Positions 31,840-43,660 of a stretch of 64,000 nt of DNA are shown here, one piece after another; within the stretch, counting starts at the first letter, position 1; every line of letters begins with the position of its first letter. The position numbers and the translations under genes are program-made. Origin of the DNA: the human T2T-CHM13v2.0 reference genome, Homo sapiens. The notes under the pieces were generated by a model that saw only the letters and a list, made by a program, of their open reading frames with translations, searched no databases and had not been told where the DNA came from. Location of the stretch: assembly GCF_009914755.1 (NCBI RefSeq), contig NC_060930.1. One strand, 5' to 3'.

Positions 31840-32182
31840 GATGTCCATGATTCAAGGTCAGTTAATGAGCATCCCCCCAGGACTCTTTCTGCAACATTTT
31901 GTAAAGAGGTGCTCCCTGTGCCTCTGGGTTGGTAGGCTGATGCTCTTAGTGGTCACCTCCCCACCAACTGGAAGATATTAAAGCAAATACAAAAGAAAAC
32001 AGACCCAATATATGAGAGAAATGAGTTCCCGGAGACATAATTTGAGTCCTTGGGTCCAGCTATGCCTGAAATAATGCCCTCGGTAACATTACAGTTACCT
32101 AAGTCAGTAATGTTGCTTTTACGGAGAAGTCAGTCTGAGTGGGTTTCTGAAACTTGGACCTGAAAGAATCCTGACTAATACA
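31840..32182 (+). mobile_element. MLT1 (J/K-type) LTR fragment
   Basis: gggtccagctatgcctgaa...aaagaatcctgactaataca. Confidence 0.65.
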
Positions 32183-32348
32183 TTTAGGAAAAAAATGAAT
32201 GACGGGGAATTCATAGACATACCCAGCTCTTAGACTTCCCCTAAGACCATACTTTTGCACCATAAGTGCTAAGTGAGAGGGGAAGGGGGTGGATCAAAAG
32301 TTAGGAGCTCTTGTTCAGTGAGGTAAGGAAGAGGTGTCTGGCTGAGGA

Positions 32349-32551
32349 GGGGTGAGGGAGGAGGAAGGAGGGGTGAGGGAGGAGGGGTGAGGGGTGAGGG
32401 AGGAGGGGTGAGGGGTGAGGGGTGAGGGAGGAGGGGTGAGGGAGGAGGGGTGAGGGGTGAGGGAGGAGGGGTGAGGGAGGAGGGAGGAGGGGTGAGGGGT
32501 GAGGGGTGAGGGAGGAGGGAGGAGGGAGGAGGGGTGAGGGAGGAGGGAGGA
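32349..32551. repeat. G-rich minisatellite, 29 x 7 bp, two variant units GGGGTGA and GGGAGGA
   Basis: Parses exactly into 29 heptamers (one GGAAGGA variant). Confidence 0.97.
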
Positions 32552-34812
32552 GAGCCAGGGTAGGCACAGGGTTTTAGTCAATGATCCTAGAGTCTGAAAC
32601 AACATATTTACAGCTTCTTGAATGTCCTTCAAGAGATATCAGACAATGATAGAAGTCCTTTTCAATCCCATTTGGCTCTTAAACTGAGCTTCTTGAACCT
32701 GCTAGTGCTCTGTTTCTGAGCCATATGGGTCTCTGGGTTTATAAATTTGGTGTCTATTTGTAGAGTGCAGTTTGTAGGACTGCTTTGGTGGAACACTTTC
32801 TTTCTCCTCAGTTCCAATTCCTCTGTTTATAACTTTTGTTTTGACTTAAAAAACTTCAAAAATCTCTACAGACTTTACTTTTATCCAGTATTAACATTCT
32901 CAGAAAAATGATAAAGAAGTATTAGAAAAGGACTAATATGAGATCGTAGAAATGTCCAAGTTTTGAGTATGATTTTATAAAAATAACAGGCTAAGAAAAA
33001 GATTCTGTTTTATCAGGAAACTGTTGTTAGAAAGCACGAGTGTTGCGTTTCATAACGAAATTTGTGCTGAACAAAGGTCCCTTGTGTTTGTTGTCTTAAC
33101 TGACTTAGAAAGTTTCTGGAGGGCGAATTTGGGTTAGTTTTACAGACAGTTGATGATTTCCGCATGCATGAAATACCTGAGAAATTTAACATAGACCTGA
33201 CCAGAGAGGCTTCTGCTCACCAAGTCAATACCATTATGGTTGGCATTTTGGTTATTATGCTTTTTAATGTTATTTTGAAGTCTTAAACATACAATGCTAA
33301 TGTTTAGGAGGCTATATATGAGTAAATGAATAATAATCCAACCAGCATAAATGTTATTTGAGATCTAATAAGATCAATAAATACTGGTTGCCCCCAAGCT
33401 GAAAAAAGAAAAGGACAGAAAAGACAGTTGACAGTTAATAAATTAATACTCTTTTTATTCTTGGTGAGACCCTTTCCAAAGGATTTGTCTAGTTTTTTCC
33501 CATTGGAAGAGACTTGGAAAGAATTCAGGGGAAGAATTCAGGAGAAAAAGTGTCTAAAAGGAAGAGGTAAGAAACCTGTGAAGTTAGTTTCATGGAAATG
33601 AGAGCATCTCTCTGAGGAAGTTAGTTTCATGGAAATGAGAGCATCTCTCTGCAGAAGAGGAGGCAAAGCTGTGACAGAGACTGGCTTTAAGTATCTCACA
33701 GGGGGCTGGTGGTGACAGGCTGCTAGCCAGGGGTTCTCCATCTCAGGAAGAACAAGAAAGATTCAAGCCAAGGAAGAATTTAATGGCATACAGAACGTCT
33801 AAGAAAATTGCATTCTCATCCAAGAAAATATTTTAAGTACAAGGGACTTTCTTCTTCTTTGTAAGGCTCTGAGGAAAAGGAGGAGCAAGAGGGCTCCTGA
33901 GACCTGCCTGTTGCAAAATTGAGGCAGGACTCCAGGCCCAGTATCTCTTCATGCCTTTAATTGTGCCCACCCACAACTCTCCAGAAAGGGTCGCTGTTGG
34001 AATGTGGACACCCAGGGATGGGAAACAATAGAAACCACTATAAAACCACAGGTTACTGGCGCAGGAAGGGACCTTGGTTCCTTCAGAGTCCTCTGACCTT
34101 CCTGGCACTCAGCAGGCTTTGCAATGAGATGTTGTTTAATGTCTGATGTCCTCCCTAGATTATGAAACTCCAACCCAGTGCCTGGAGCTCTCAGCAGTCA
34201 ACCAATATTTACTGAAAGAACAAGTGGAAGAGTGCAACTCTGTTATTTACAAACGAGGAATCTCAGACCCAGGGGGCTCACACAGTTGGTTAGGGGCAAA
34301 AGCATTTCACTCACATCTCCCATATTTCATACATGGAGGATTAGCACCCAATTCAGCTAACTGTAAATCCCAGCCAAAAAGGGAACCATTTTCTAGATAG
34401 GGCCTAATGTATTTTCAAAGTATAGATCTTAAATTGCAGAGACTTGTCTTTGAGTTCCTTATAAATTCAGGTCAAAAACACGTATTGGGATACTACTCTG
34501 GAAATACTATATTAATTACACCCTCCACCCCAGGATTTCTTTCTCCCTCTTTCTTCTCCATTGTAGCAGCTAGTGTTGCTGTGCTCATTGTCTCAGGATG
34601 GGGATATAGTGGTGTGAAATGCAGATGTCCATTCATTTATGCAGCTATCAATTCATTTCACAAATACTTACTGTGCCTCATGCTGGACACAGATCTCAAC
34701 CACAATGACCAGGCTGTGAACAACGGAACCCATTACACTCTTCTGGCTTTGTGTTTCCAGAGTCTCCAGTGGAGGGAAAGAGAGGGTGCAAACATCCACA
34801 AAATGTTGGTTC

Positions 34813-35062
34813 TTTTTTTGCTTTTTTTGAGACAGAGTTTCACTCTTGTTGCCCAGGCTGGAGTGCAATGGCTCCTCCCGGGTTCAAGCGATTCTCCTGC
34901 CTCAGCCTCCTGAGTAGCTGGGATTACAGGCATGCGCTACCATGCCCAGCTAATGTTTGTATTTTCAGTAGAGACAGGGTTTCACCATGTTGGCCAGGAT
35001 GGTTTCGATCTTCTGACCTCATGATCGGCCTGCCTTGGCCTCCCAAAGTGCTGGGATTACAG
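34813..35062 (-). mobile_element. Alu (AluS) with internal deletion and 5' truncation
   Basis: gagtgcaatggc joins tcctcccgggttc; ends at gggattacagg. Confidence 0.92.
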
Positions 35063-37414
35063 GAGAGGCCAGGGATGACAAACATGGGGCAACCATACCA
35101 TATTTCCCCCTCCCACATCCATGGCAGACATTGCTAATCATTGCTGCATAATCTCTGTGGCCAGTGGTGGCTTCAGGATCTTTCTCAGTCAGTCACTACC
35201 AATCAATCAGTACTGGCATGCTAGCTAAGCCTCTTATTCATTCCTGGAATAAATTACATAAATGCTCAGAGGGTTTCCAAATTGGAGAATTTCCTCTGGG
35301 ACTGTGCCTGTAGGTTTTGTACTTAAGAAAATAAAGTAGCTTGGTAATTACAAGGATTTTTTGGTCAAGAATGAATTAAAACAGCATGAATCTTTACTGA
35401 ATTTTTTTCCAGTTGAGTCACAACATGAATTTATACAGTATTGCAAAGAAGCATTTGAGAAATTAATCAGAGTTTTGAAATCTGAAATTTAGATAAATCT
35501 GCAAACTGTATTGAGACCCAGAATAACAAGATTCCATTGTACTTTGCCACTCACTAATTATGCTGTCTGGGGCAATTCTCCACCCTTCCGTACATTTCAG
35601 CTTCATGGTAGGGGTGGGGAGTGTGAGTAACCTTTTAAAAGCTTGTTTTTTTCCCCCCAAAATGATCTAGATTCAGCATACTAATATAAATGATAGGTAA
35701 AAATGTAGCAGTTCTGCTCGAAGCTGACATTTGGAGCCTGAGTCCTGACCGCGATATCCTTCCCCTTAGCCTCTACCTCAGTTTTATGGAAGTCTTTGGA
35801 ATATCTGCAATTTGAGGAACTATTTTGGAAAACTGCTAGACAAGAGATTCTTTGCATACTCTTCCAGTTCAACACATTTATGATTGTAAATCAGCTAGGT
35901 CTAATTCAATATGGTTGTGCTGGGCATTGATTTAAAATAACAACCTCTGGAAATCAGTTATGTTGGGGGAAAGTTGAACAGTGGAAGCAGAATGTGCTTT
36001 GCTCCATTTAGAGTGGCTTACTTCCCCACTCATTCGTGGAGTCCTGTTTTTGGAACTTCTGTGCAGCCTGCCTGGTTGATTTTATGTCATTTTGCTCTCA
36101 CTGCAATGTGATGCTGTGAGATCACCTCTGTGTATATAAAAGGAGAGGGATGAATAAACTTCTCATGGAATTGGAGGCCAGATTTTTAACTCCAGTCTGT
36201 TTTTAGTATTTTGACATTTTCTTCTTTTTTTTTTTTTACTGACACATTAATCTTTTATTTCCTTAAATAGTTTTGAACAAACTTCAGAATTGTACATCCT
36301 TTTAAGAATAGAAGCACTCCAAAAATAAAAATGAGCTTTCCAGTTCATTTCCAGCCCTCCTTGATTAAAATGCCCTTTCTCGCTTGTGTGGACCACTGGC
36401 CTTCTCATGCCAGATACCCACAAAGGACCTGGGTGGACTTGGTTGTTTCCTCATCTACATAAATAAAAGAGGATACAAAGACATTTTCTTCTTGACGTCA
36501 GTTGAGTAACACATTAAAAGCCTTCCCAAGGTCTGAGTTTATTATAATGCCATGAAATTGGTTAATTGGCTCCTGCACCTCCTTGGGCCATCGAGTTCTG
36601 AGTTTGGGCCTCTGAAACTCACTGTTTGGCTAACACTTATTTAAAGCTGGTATATGTAAATGTGAAACAATTTTTAGAAATAAGAAGCAGAATCTTTATG
36701 TTCAAATGATAGAAGAACAAGTATCTGTTGATGTGGTTCTTGCATCCCAGGGTCTAGAGTTGCATGGGCCTTGACTTAACTGGGGAGAGCTGCAGGTGTT
36801 TATAGGTTACTAACTTCAACTGTTTATGGATTCAGTCCTGCTGGATTTGAAGTTGGAGTCATACAAGAAAAAAATGCAGATTAAATCATCGAACACCATC
36901 CTGCTTTTTAATTGCTTGTTCCTAAATAGCTAAAGGCAATCTGGGATATCCCTCCTGGGACAAACATTCACAATGAATTTTCCAAGCTCAAGGATTCTGA
37001 AGAAATGGGATCAGCTATAGGGAATCTAGGGCCTCAGCTGGGCATGTAAGTAGCAAAAAGTCCATCCAGATAACTGAGTTTGGCCAAAATCCAACAGGAC
37101 TAGAAGCCTGCATCACCATCTTTAACCTGTGCTGGAGGAGATTAACATTTAAATCTTTTTATATTTATTTTTTGAATGATAATTATCTTTAAAAGGGGCA
37201 AAGTAAAAGATAATTGGCATACATTGGCCTTCCAGCTTAGGAAGAGGAGTTTTGAAGCTGATGAATGTACCAGACTTATTAGAACTTGCATTCCCTTCGC
37301 CTGGCCTCAGAGTGACATGTTGACAGCTCTCCAGCACCCTGCTTGAACTTCTTAGGGCACTGGGCCATTCCAGGGTCATGGTGCCTTCCCTCCTTTAAGG
37401 TACATACAGCTGAA

Positions 37415-37590
37415 AGCAGCTCTCAAGTGTGCTTTTAGGAAATCCAACCTTGGGCCCACCTTAGACCTTTTGAATTGGAATACTGGAGGGTAGGTCCTAG
37501 AGAAAAGTCAGTTTTTAAGCTGCCTGTGCTATTTTGACATCTTGCCTAGTGGAATCCTACTTGTCTACCAGAGTTTGGCTTAAGCACTGC
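37415..37590. mobile_element. MER5-family hAT element, diverged
   Basis: gggcccaccttagaccttttgaattggaat...tttttaagctgcc. Confidence 0.5.
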
Positions 37591-37979
37591 TTCCCTGACT
37601 CTGTAGCATGGGGTGTCTGGCACATCCCAGTATTGAATAAATGTCTGTTGAGTGAACAAATAAATGAATGGATCGGTAAGTGACTGAGTGAAGGTCAAGG
37701 AAACAAATAAATAAGAAGCCAAGTTTGGGAAATACTACTGGGGGTAAAAGTCCCATCTACAGATTAGCTTTTCTGATCTCTGCTAGCAGCATACTCCTTA
37801 TAATAGGATATATGTATGTTAAACTTGCTCTGAATAGGGGCCACATTGCCAGCCTAACAGGGGCAACCTATGTTACCAGGAGGCTGATATTACCCAAGTG
37901 GCAAGTCAGAGTCTTTTCTGTCTTACATTATCCTGGGTCTCAAAAAGGACCATAGTTACTGGGGGAGCTCCTATATTGA

Positions 37980-38422
37980 TGTGATGGTTAATATTGAGTA
38001 TCAACTTGATTGAATTGAAGGATGCAAAGTATTGTTCCTGGTGTATCTGTGAGGGTGTTGGCAAAGGAGATTAACATTCGAGTCAGTGGACTGGGAGAGG
38101 CAGACCCACCCTCAATCTGGGTGGGCATAATCTAATCAGGTGCCAGTGTAGCCAGAATAAAGCAGGCAGAAGAACGTGAAAAGACTAGATTGACTTAGCC
38201 TCCAAGCCTACATCTTTCTCCTATGCTGGATGCTACCTGCCCTTGAAAATTGGACTCCAAGTTCTTCAGCTTTGGAACATGGACTGGCTTCCTTGCTCCT
38301 CAGCTTGCAGATGGCCTACTGTGGCACCCCACCTTGTGATTGTGTGAGTTAATACTCCTTAATATACTCCCTTTTATTAGTTCTGTTTTATTAGTTCTGT
38401 CCCTCCAGAGAACCCTAATATA
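37980..38422 (+). mobile_element. MLT2A (ERVL) solo LTR
   Basis: tgtgatggttaatattgagtatcaacttgattg...attagttctgtccctccagagaaccctaata. Confidence 0.92.
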
Positions 38423-39330
38423 AGTGATAACAATGTTATAACACAGCAATTGTCAATTAAGTCACCACTGTTGATAATTTACAACTCACTGAATTCTGTC
38501 ATGAGTGATGTTCTCCCAACACCAAAGCAGTGGGAGGGTCAAAGTGTCAGTCAGGCTGAACTTTATATGCATAGAGTCACAAATTCAACTGTTCCAAGGA
38601 ACAGTTTCCTCTCGGCAGGCTGTCTTTAGCGTGATATACACCAGGCCAGGGCGAATGTGTGAGATCTTGCTGGTTTTTGGGTAGTTCAAAGATAACCTAA
38701 TTACAGGGCCCAAAGAATGGCGAAACAAGTCACCCTGGGTCATGGGCTAACTTAACAGGCACAATTGAGACAAGAAGGGACAGATGGTGGTGGAGGTTTA
38801 TAACCTTTCTAGAAGTCAAGATAGGCAAGAAGTGGAGTGGCTGAGACGACCTAGGCCAGGCCTGCTGGCAGAAGCTGAAGCAAGCTCTAGGGACTAAAGT
38901 TAGCACCTAAGAAGGGTCTGGAAGCCAGAATTACCAGGTCTAGCATAAACCTGTGGACAGGGGTCCAGAGCTTTAGTTGGGGTTTCGAAGATCTTGACCC
39001 ATCTCAGAGGACAGCCCAGGTTCAAAGTGGACACAACCACACACCAGAGCAGCTGGACACCTACCCTACACATTTAATTTCACCAGAAAGTTATAAAGTC
39101 AGTATTATAATCACTGCCTATTGCTGAGATGGGCAATAGTTTCAGATAATAGCAGTAACACAGTTAAGGTTTGTTGAGTATTCATACTGTATTAGCATGC
39201 ATTAATTCACTTGATTCTCAAAATCCAAAAAATACTGAATGTCCAATGTAGACAGGGAATTGAGCAAAGTGCTAAGAATTTAAAGAGAAATAAAACATTG
39301 CCATCACCCTCATGAGCTTTGAGTCTAGCA

Positions 39331-39538
39331 CAGTGGTTTCCAATAAGGACAATTCTGCCTCCCAGAGAACATGTAGCAATGCCTAACAGCCTTGGCTGTC
39401 ACGGCTGGGGGAGGGTTCCTAGTGGCACCCAGCAGGCTGGGTGCCAGGATGCTGTTAAATACCTCACAATGCACAGGATGCTGCAGCAAAGAGTCATCCG
39501 GCCCCAAATGTCAACAGTGCAGAGCTTGAGAAACCCTG
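39331..39538 (+). mobile_element. MER20 (hAT-Charlie) within L2-like sequence
   Basis: cagtggtttc...ccaggatgctgttaaatacctcacaatgcacagga...ttgagaaaccctg. Confidence 0.88.
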
Positions 39539-41299
39539 GTGGACAAAGTGGAATCTACACGTACACCTGTAAGTGCAATGGGGTGTCCCTTGTGAGGAGA
39601 TGAGGATGTATAAGATGCAGTGGGAGTTGGATAGAAAGGATGATCAATTGTACTGGAGTGTGTGCAGGGGGCCAGGGGGTGCAATGAATGGAAAACGCTC
39701 AAGAAAGAGTTTGGAAAGATGGGTCTTGAGAGATGAGGAGGCGCTACCCCAGCAGCCGGGGTGTGGGTCAGGCAGCATCCTCTTAGCAGGGGCAGATGTA
39801 TGAGCCAAGACCAGGGGCATGCTGTGGCCTCTTAATGCCTGGAGAAGCTGTCAAGTCCTTGGTATTAGGTTCCATTCAGTTACAAAAACTACTTTTTGAG
39901 ATGTTTAAATACAAAGATAATCACATATCAGTTTTGCCCTCAAAGAGCTCAAATTGTATAAGACCAGCCATATCTCTAAATCAAAATAATTCCTCTTGGC
40001 AAGGTTTTGTTTTGGCACATAACTAAGAAAACATTGTAAGTTAGAAAAGTTCCCAGTGTTGATTCTGACGTGTATTCTAGACATTCACTACTGTTTGATT
40101 CACTGGAAAGGGTTTAAGATCAAGCCAGTGAAACCAATTTTCCTTTGTGAATGCTCTGAGTTTAGTCTGAGAAGTACAGGAAGTTAAGAAACTGCCCAGT
40201 AAGTTTCCTTTGCAAAAGAGGGCCTAATGAGATCAAGAGCCTATAAAATATTTTTGGAATTTGCTAGAACTTCTTGCACTTTCACCTAGGGCTGTCACTT
40301 TGTTAATAACATTTTCTTACTTCAGTCCCATTACATAGGAGTTGTCAGCTAACCAAGCCAGTCCTCTCTGCTGGAGATTCACTTATTAACAGAGGGCAGA
40401 AAGATGATTTACAGAAATGTTGGCTTGTATAGCCAGAATTTAAATGTACTCCAATATACTAAAAAAAAAAAAAAAAAAATAGCAATGAGATGTCAGGATA
40501 AAGAGAAAATGTACTAAGGGTTACATAAAACTCTCCTTGATGTGGCAAACAGACTTTTCTAAAACCCTGGTATTCAAACCCTCTTCTTATGGCCTAGGAT
40601 AGGGTTACAGGGACATCATGTGCTTGATAATTGATCAAACCATTTGAAATAACAACATAAAAAGTTAAAGCTTTGACAAGCTTGATGCTTTTCAGAAGAC
40701 AGCCAACTTGCAAAAGTGCTGATGTGCATCTTTGCAAAGTTCTATAAAATTGTGGTGGGAAAAGGGAAATTTATATTGGAAACCCTCCACTCATCAGCTG
40801 AATTTCCACTGCCCTATTTACCAGGCTGTCTGGCTAGCTGTTGGCTGGCTGTGATAGGGGCGAGGACAAAGCCCGCTCATGTCCAGATACAGGAGGTTGC
40901 ACCTCGGCCAGCTGCCAGAGAAGTTTAACCAGAAGGGGCCACCAGGCCAGCAAAGGCGAGATGCCCATGTGATATGGGGGCTGGGAGGTGGGGACCAGTA
41001 CGGAAGGAAATAAGACCCTAAGCCATGGAAGAAACCTCCTTGCCGGAGATTACAGATGATTTTATAAGCAGAGGCAATCTTCTGTCTGGTCAGAGAGCAG
41101 AGAAGAAAACATATTTACCTTGTGGCCTTACTAAGGGAAAGAACGGCAACCCTGTGACTGCAGGGAGCCTCAAAATACTTATGAACAGAGCTCCTAGGGT
41201 CTTCCCTGAAAAGAGAAAACAGATCTTCCTGTGTTTTCTTGTTCACAGATGTGTGTGCCTGAGTTGTGCTGATTCCTAGTGGCTTGTGGTTAAGTGTGA

Positions 41300-41716
<417 letters not shown>

Positions 41717-42539
41717 CACTTTTATTCTCTTGTCCCATGTTCTGGGGAGGAGGGAGGAAAAGAAAGACCATGTTACTGGAGGGGTCTACACGAGCTTGGG
41801 GAGACTCTACCTGGTAAGGGGCACCCGTGGGCTGAATGAAGCCCACCCAGCTCTGCTGAGCCTTGAGCCTGGCATGGAGCTGCTGGCAGCCTTTTTCTCA
41901 TTCATCCACACAGATGTGATGCATTGAATCCATCCACTGCAGGGGACAGGTTTCCCTCATTCCACAAAGATGCTGCGTGTGCTGGGCTGGCCCTGGTCTT
42001 GGGTCATGAGGGCCCCCAGATGCTGGCTAGGCTGGACCTGGAATGTGGCTCTGAGCACAGAAGGGGTGAGGACAGACCAGCACTGATGTGCCAGGTGAAC
42101 TGTTCCCATTGGATCTGCCCAGTAGGGCCATGGTTCAGCAAGGGAGGCTATGCCCTCTTGGTGTCAGAGGTGCACACACCTGTGCGTCCCTGTGTGCATG
42201 TGGACACATGTGGCTCTGTGGAGTCTGTATGAGGCTGCAAATGTCATAAATGGTCAGCTGAGGATGATGCTAGGGAAGATGGTCCCAGAATTGGGAGGAA
42301 TGGATAAGGAACAAGCAGGGATGGAGCAGGGATGGGGTGCCCAAAAGCAGGGCACAGATTCTGAATTCTGTAAATGGGATAGAGGTGCAGCAGGGGTGAG
42401 TCCCTGTCTTCACGTTCTGCCCGGTGCTGCCCTGAGGCCTGTGGGAACGAATGGGAAGCTGGCCCCTGGAGACCCTGACCTAGTTGCGAAGAACAGTGGC
42501 TCTGAACACAGGATAAGCTGGGAAGAGCCCTACAACTAG

Positions 42540-42680
42540 ACAAGAGAGACACAGGTTCTAATCCCAGCTCTGCCACTAAATTGCTGTGTGACCCCCTCCC
42601 CACCGTAAGTGGTTAACTTCTATGGGCCACAATTTCCTAATCTGTGAAATCAGGAAGGTTGGCTAGATGGCTTTACAGTT
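42540..42680 (+). mobile_element. MIR
   Basis: ggttctaatcccagctctgccact...gctgtgtgacc. Confidence 0.75.
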
Positions 42681-42999
42681 GTTGTTGTTTTTTTTTTTCA
42701 TCCTGAAATACTGTGGTTTTAGAAGAAGAATGAATGGAATTGTGCAGCTATAATAACATAAAAAAGATTCCAGCTCCCTGGAATCTTCCTGTGTACCTCA
42801 GGTACTGCGCCCAAAAGCCCAGGCCTTCTTTCCTTGCCTGTTCTTGTTTCCGTGGATTTGAACCAACGTGCCCCTGCCTCCCTGAGCTCAGGGTGTGTGT
42901 CCAGCGTATGCTGAAAATTCAGGTGCTCCTGTCCCTGGGAGCGTCGTGGGGCTGTGGGGGTGGGCGCATCACGGGAGCTCCTGCCTGGAAGGAGCTCCC

Positions 43000-43660
43000 C
43001 AGGGCATTGAGCCCACCGGGCCAAAGCAGCAAGGAACCGGAAAAACCGCGAAGGATCTCCATGCAGAAACAACAACATCAGGCTTCCGCCTTGTTCCTGG
43101 TGAAGAGTTACCTCCTGCCCGGATGCTCCCTAGAGAAATAGGACTGGACAGGCGACAGTGCTAGCAGGGCCACAGGCATGTTGGTGGCAAACAGAGCATC
43201 CTAGGTTCTTACAGCTGGTGGTAGAAGAGGGTCAGAGTCACAGGAACAATCTAGGGACAGTGACTTTTCCCTCCTTCTGGGCCTTCCGGGAGCTCACAAG
43301 CCAGTCCCGGAGGCTCCCTGTGGCCGCTTTACGGGATTGGCCTTCCCAGGATCCCCTGGCAGGCGCGGCAGCCTCGCACCCGGGAGCACAGCTGGAAGGA
43401 GCGGGGGGGAGGGGCTGCCAAGCTGCTGCACCCCCAAATCCCTCAGCGCCCGCGCCCTGTCCTAGGCAGGGCCTTCCCTCTCCCTCCCCGCAGGGCGCAG
43501 AAGGGCTGGGCCTTCTCCTCCTCGCACTCGCCCTGGACTCGCCCGATCCTGATCCTGATCCTCTCCCACGGGGAGGCGGGGGCTGCGCGTGGTGACCACA
43601 GGTGGGCCGCCCCTTCCCTCCTCTCCGCCCCGCTTTCTTGTATGCGACTGTCATCCTCTG
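43000..43660. promoter_or_regulatory. Small CpG island / GC-rich promoter-like region
   Basis: Dense CpG and high GC at 43290-43640, GC boxes (ggaggcggggg, ctccgccccgc), no repeat origin seen. Confidence 0.7.

Noticed and set aside
32301-32632. Pro/Ser/His-rich ORFs
   Set aside because: Translation of the 7-bp minisatellite
40442-40515. Poly(A)19 flanked by aaatgtact as a truncated retro-insertion
   Set aside because: The A tract is not adjacent to the second copy; a chance match is likely
42973-42999. 10-bp stem hairpin gggagctcct...aggagctccc
   Set aside because: Too short for a pre-miRNA and built on a self-palindromic hexamer
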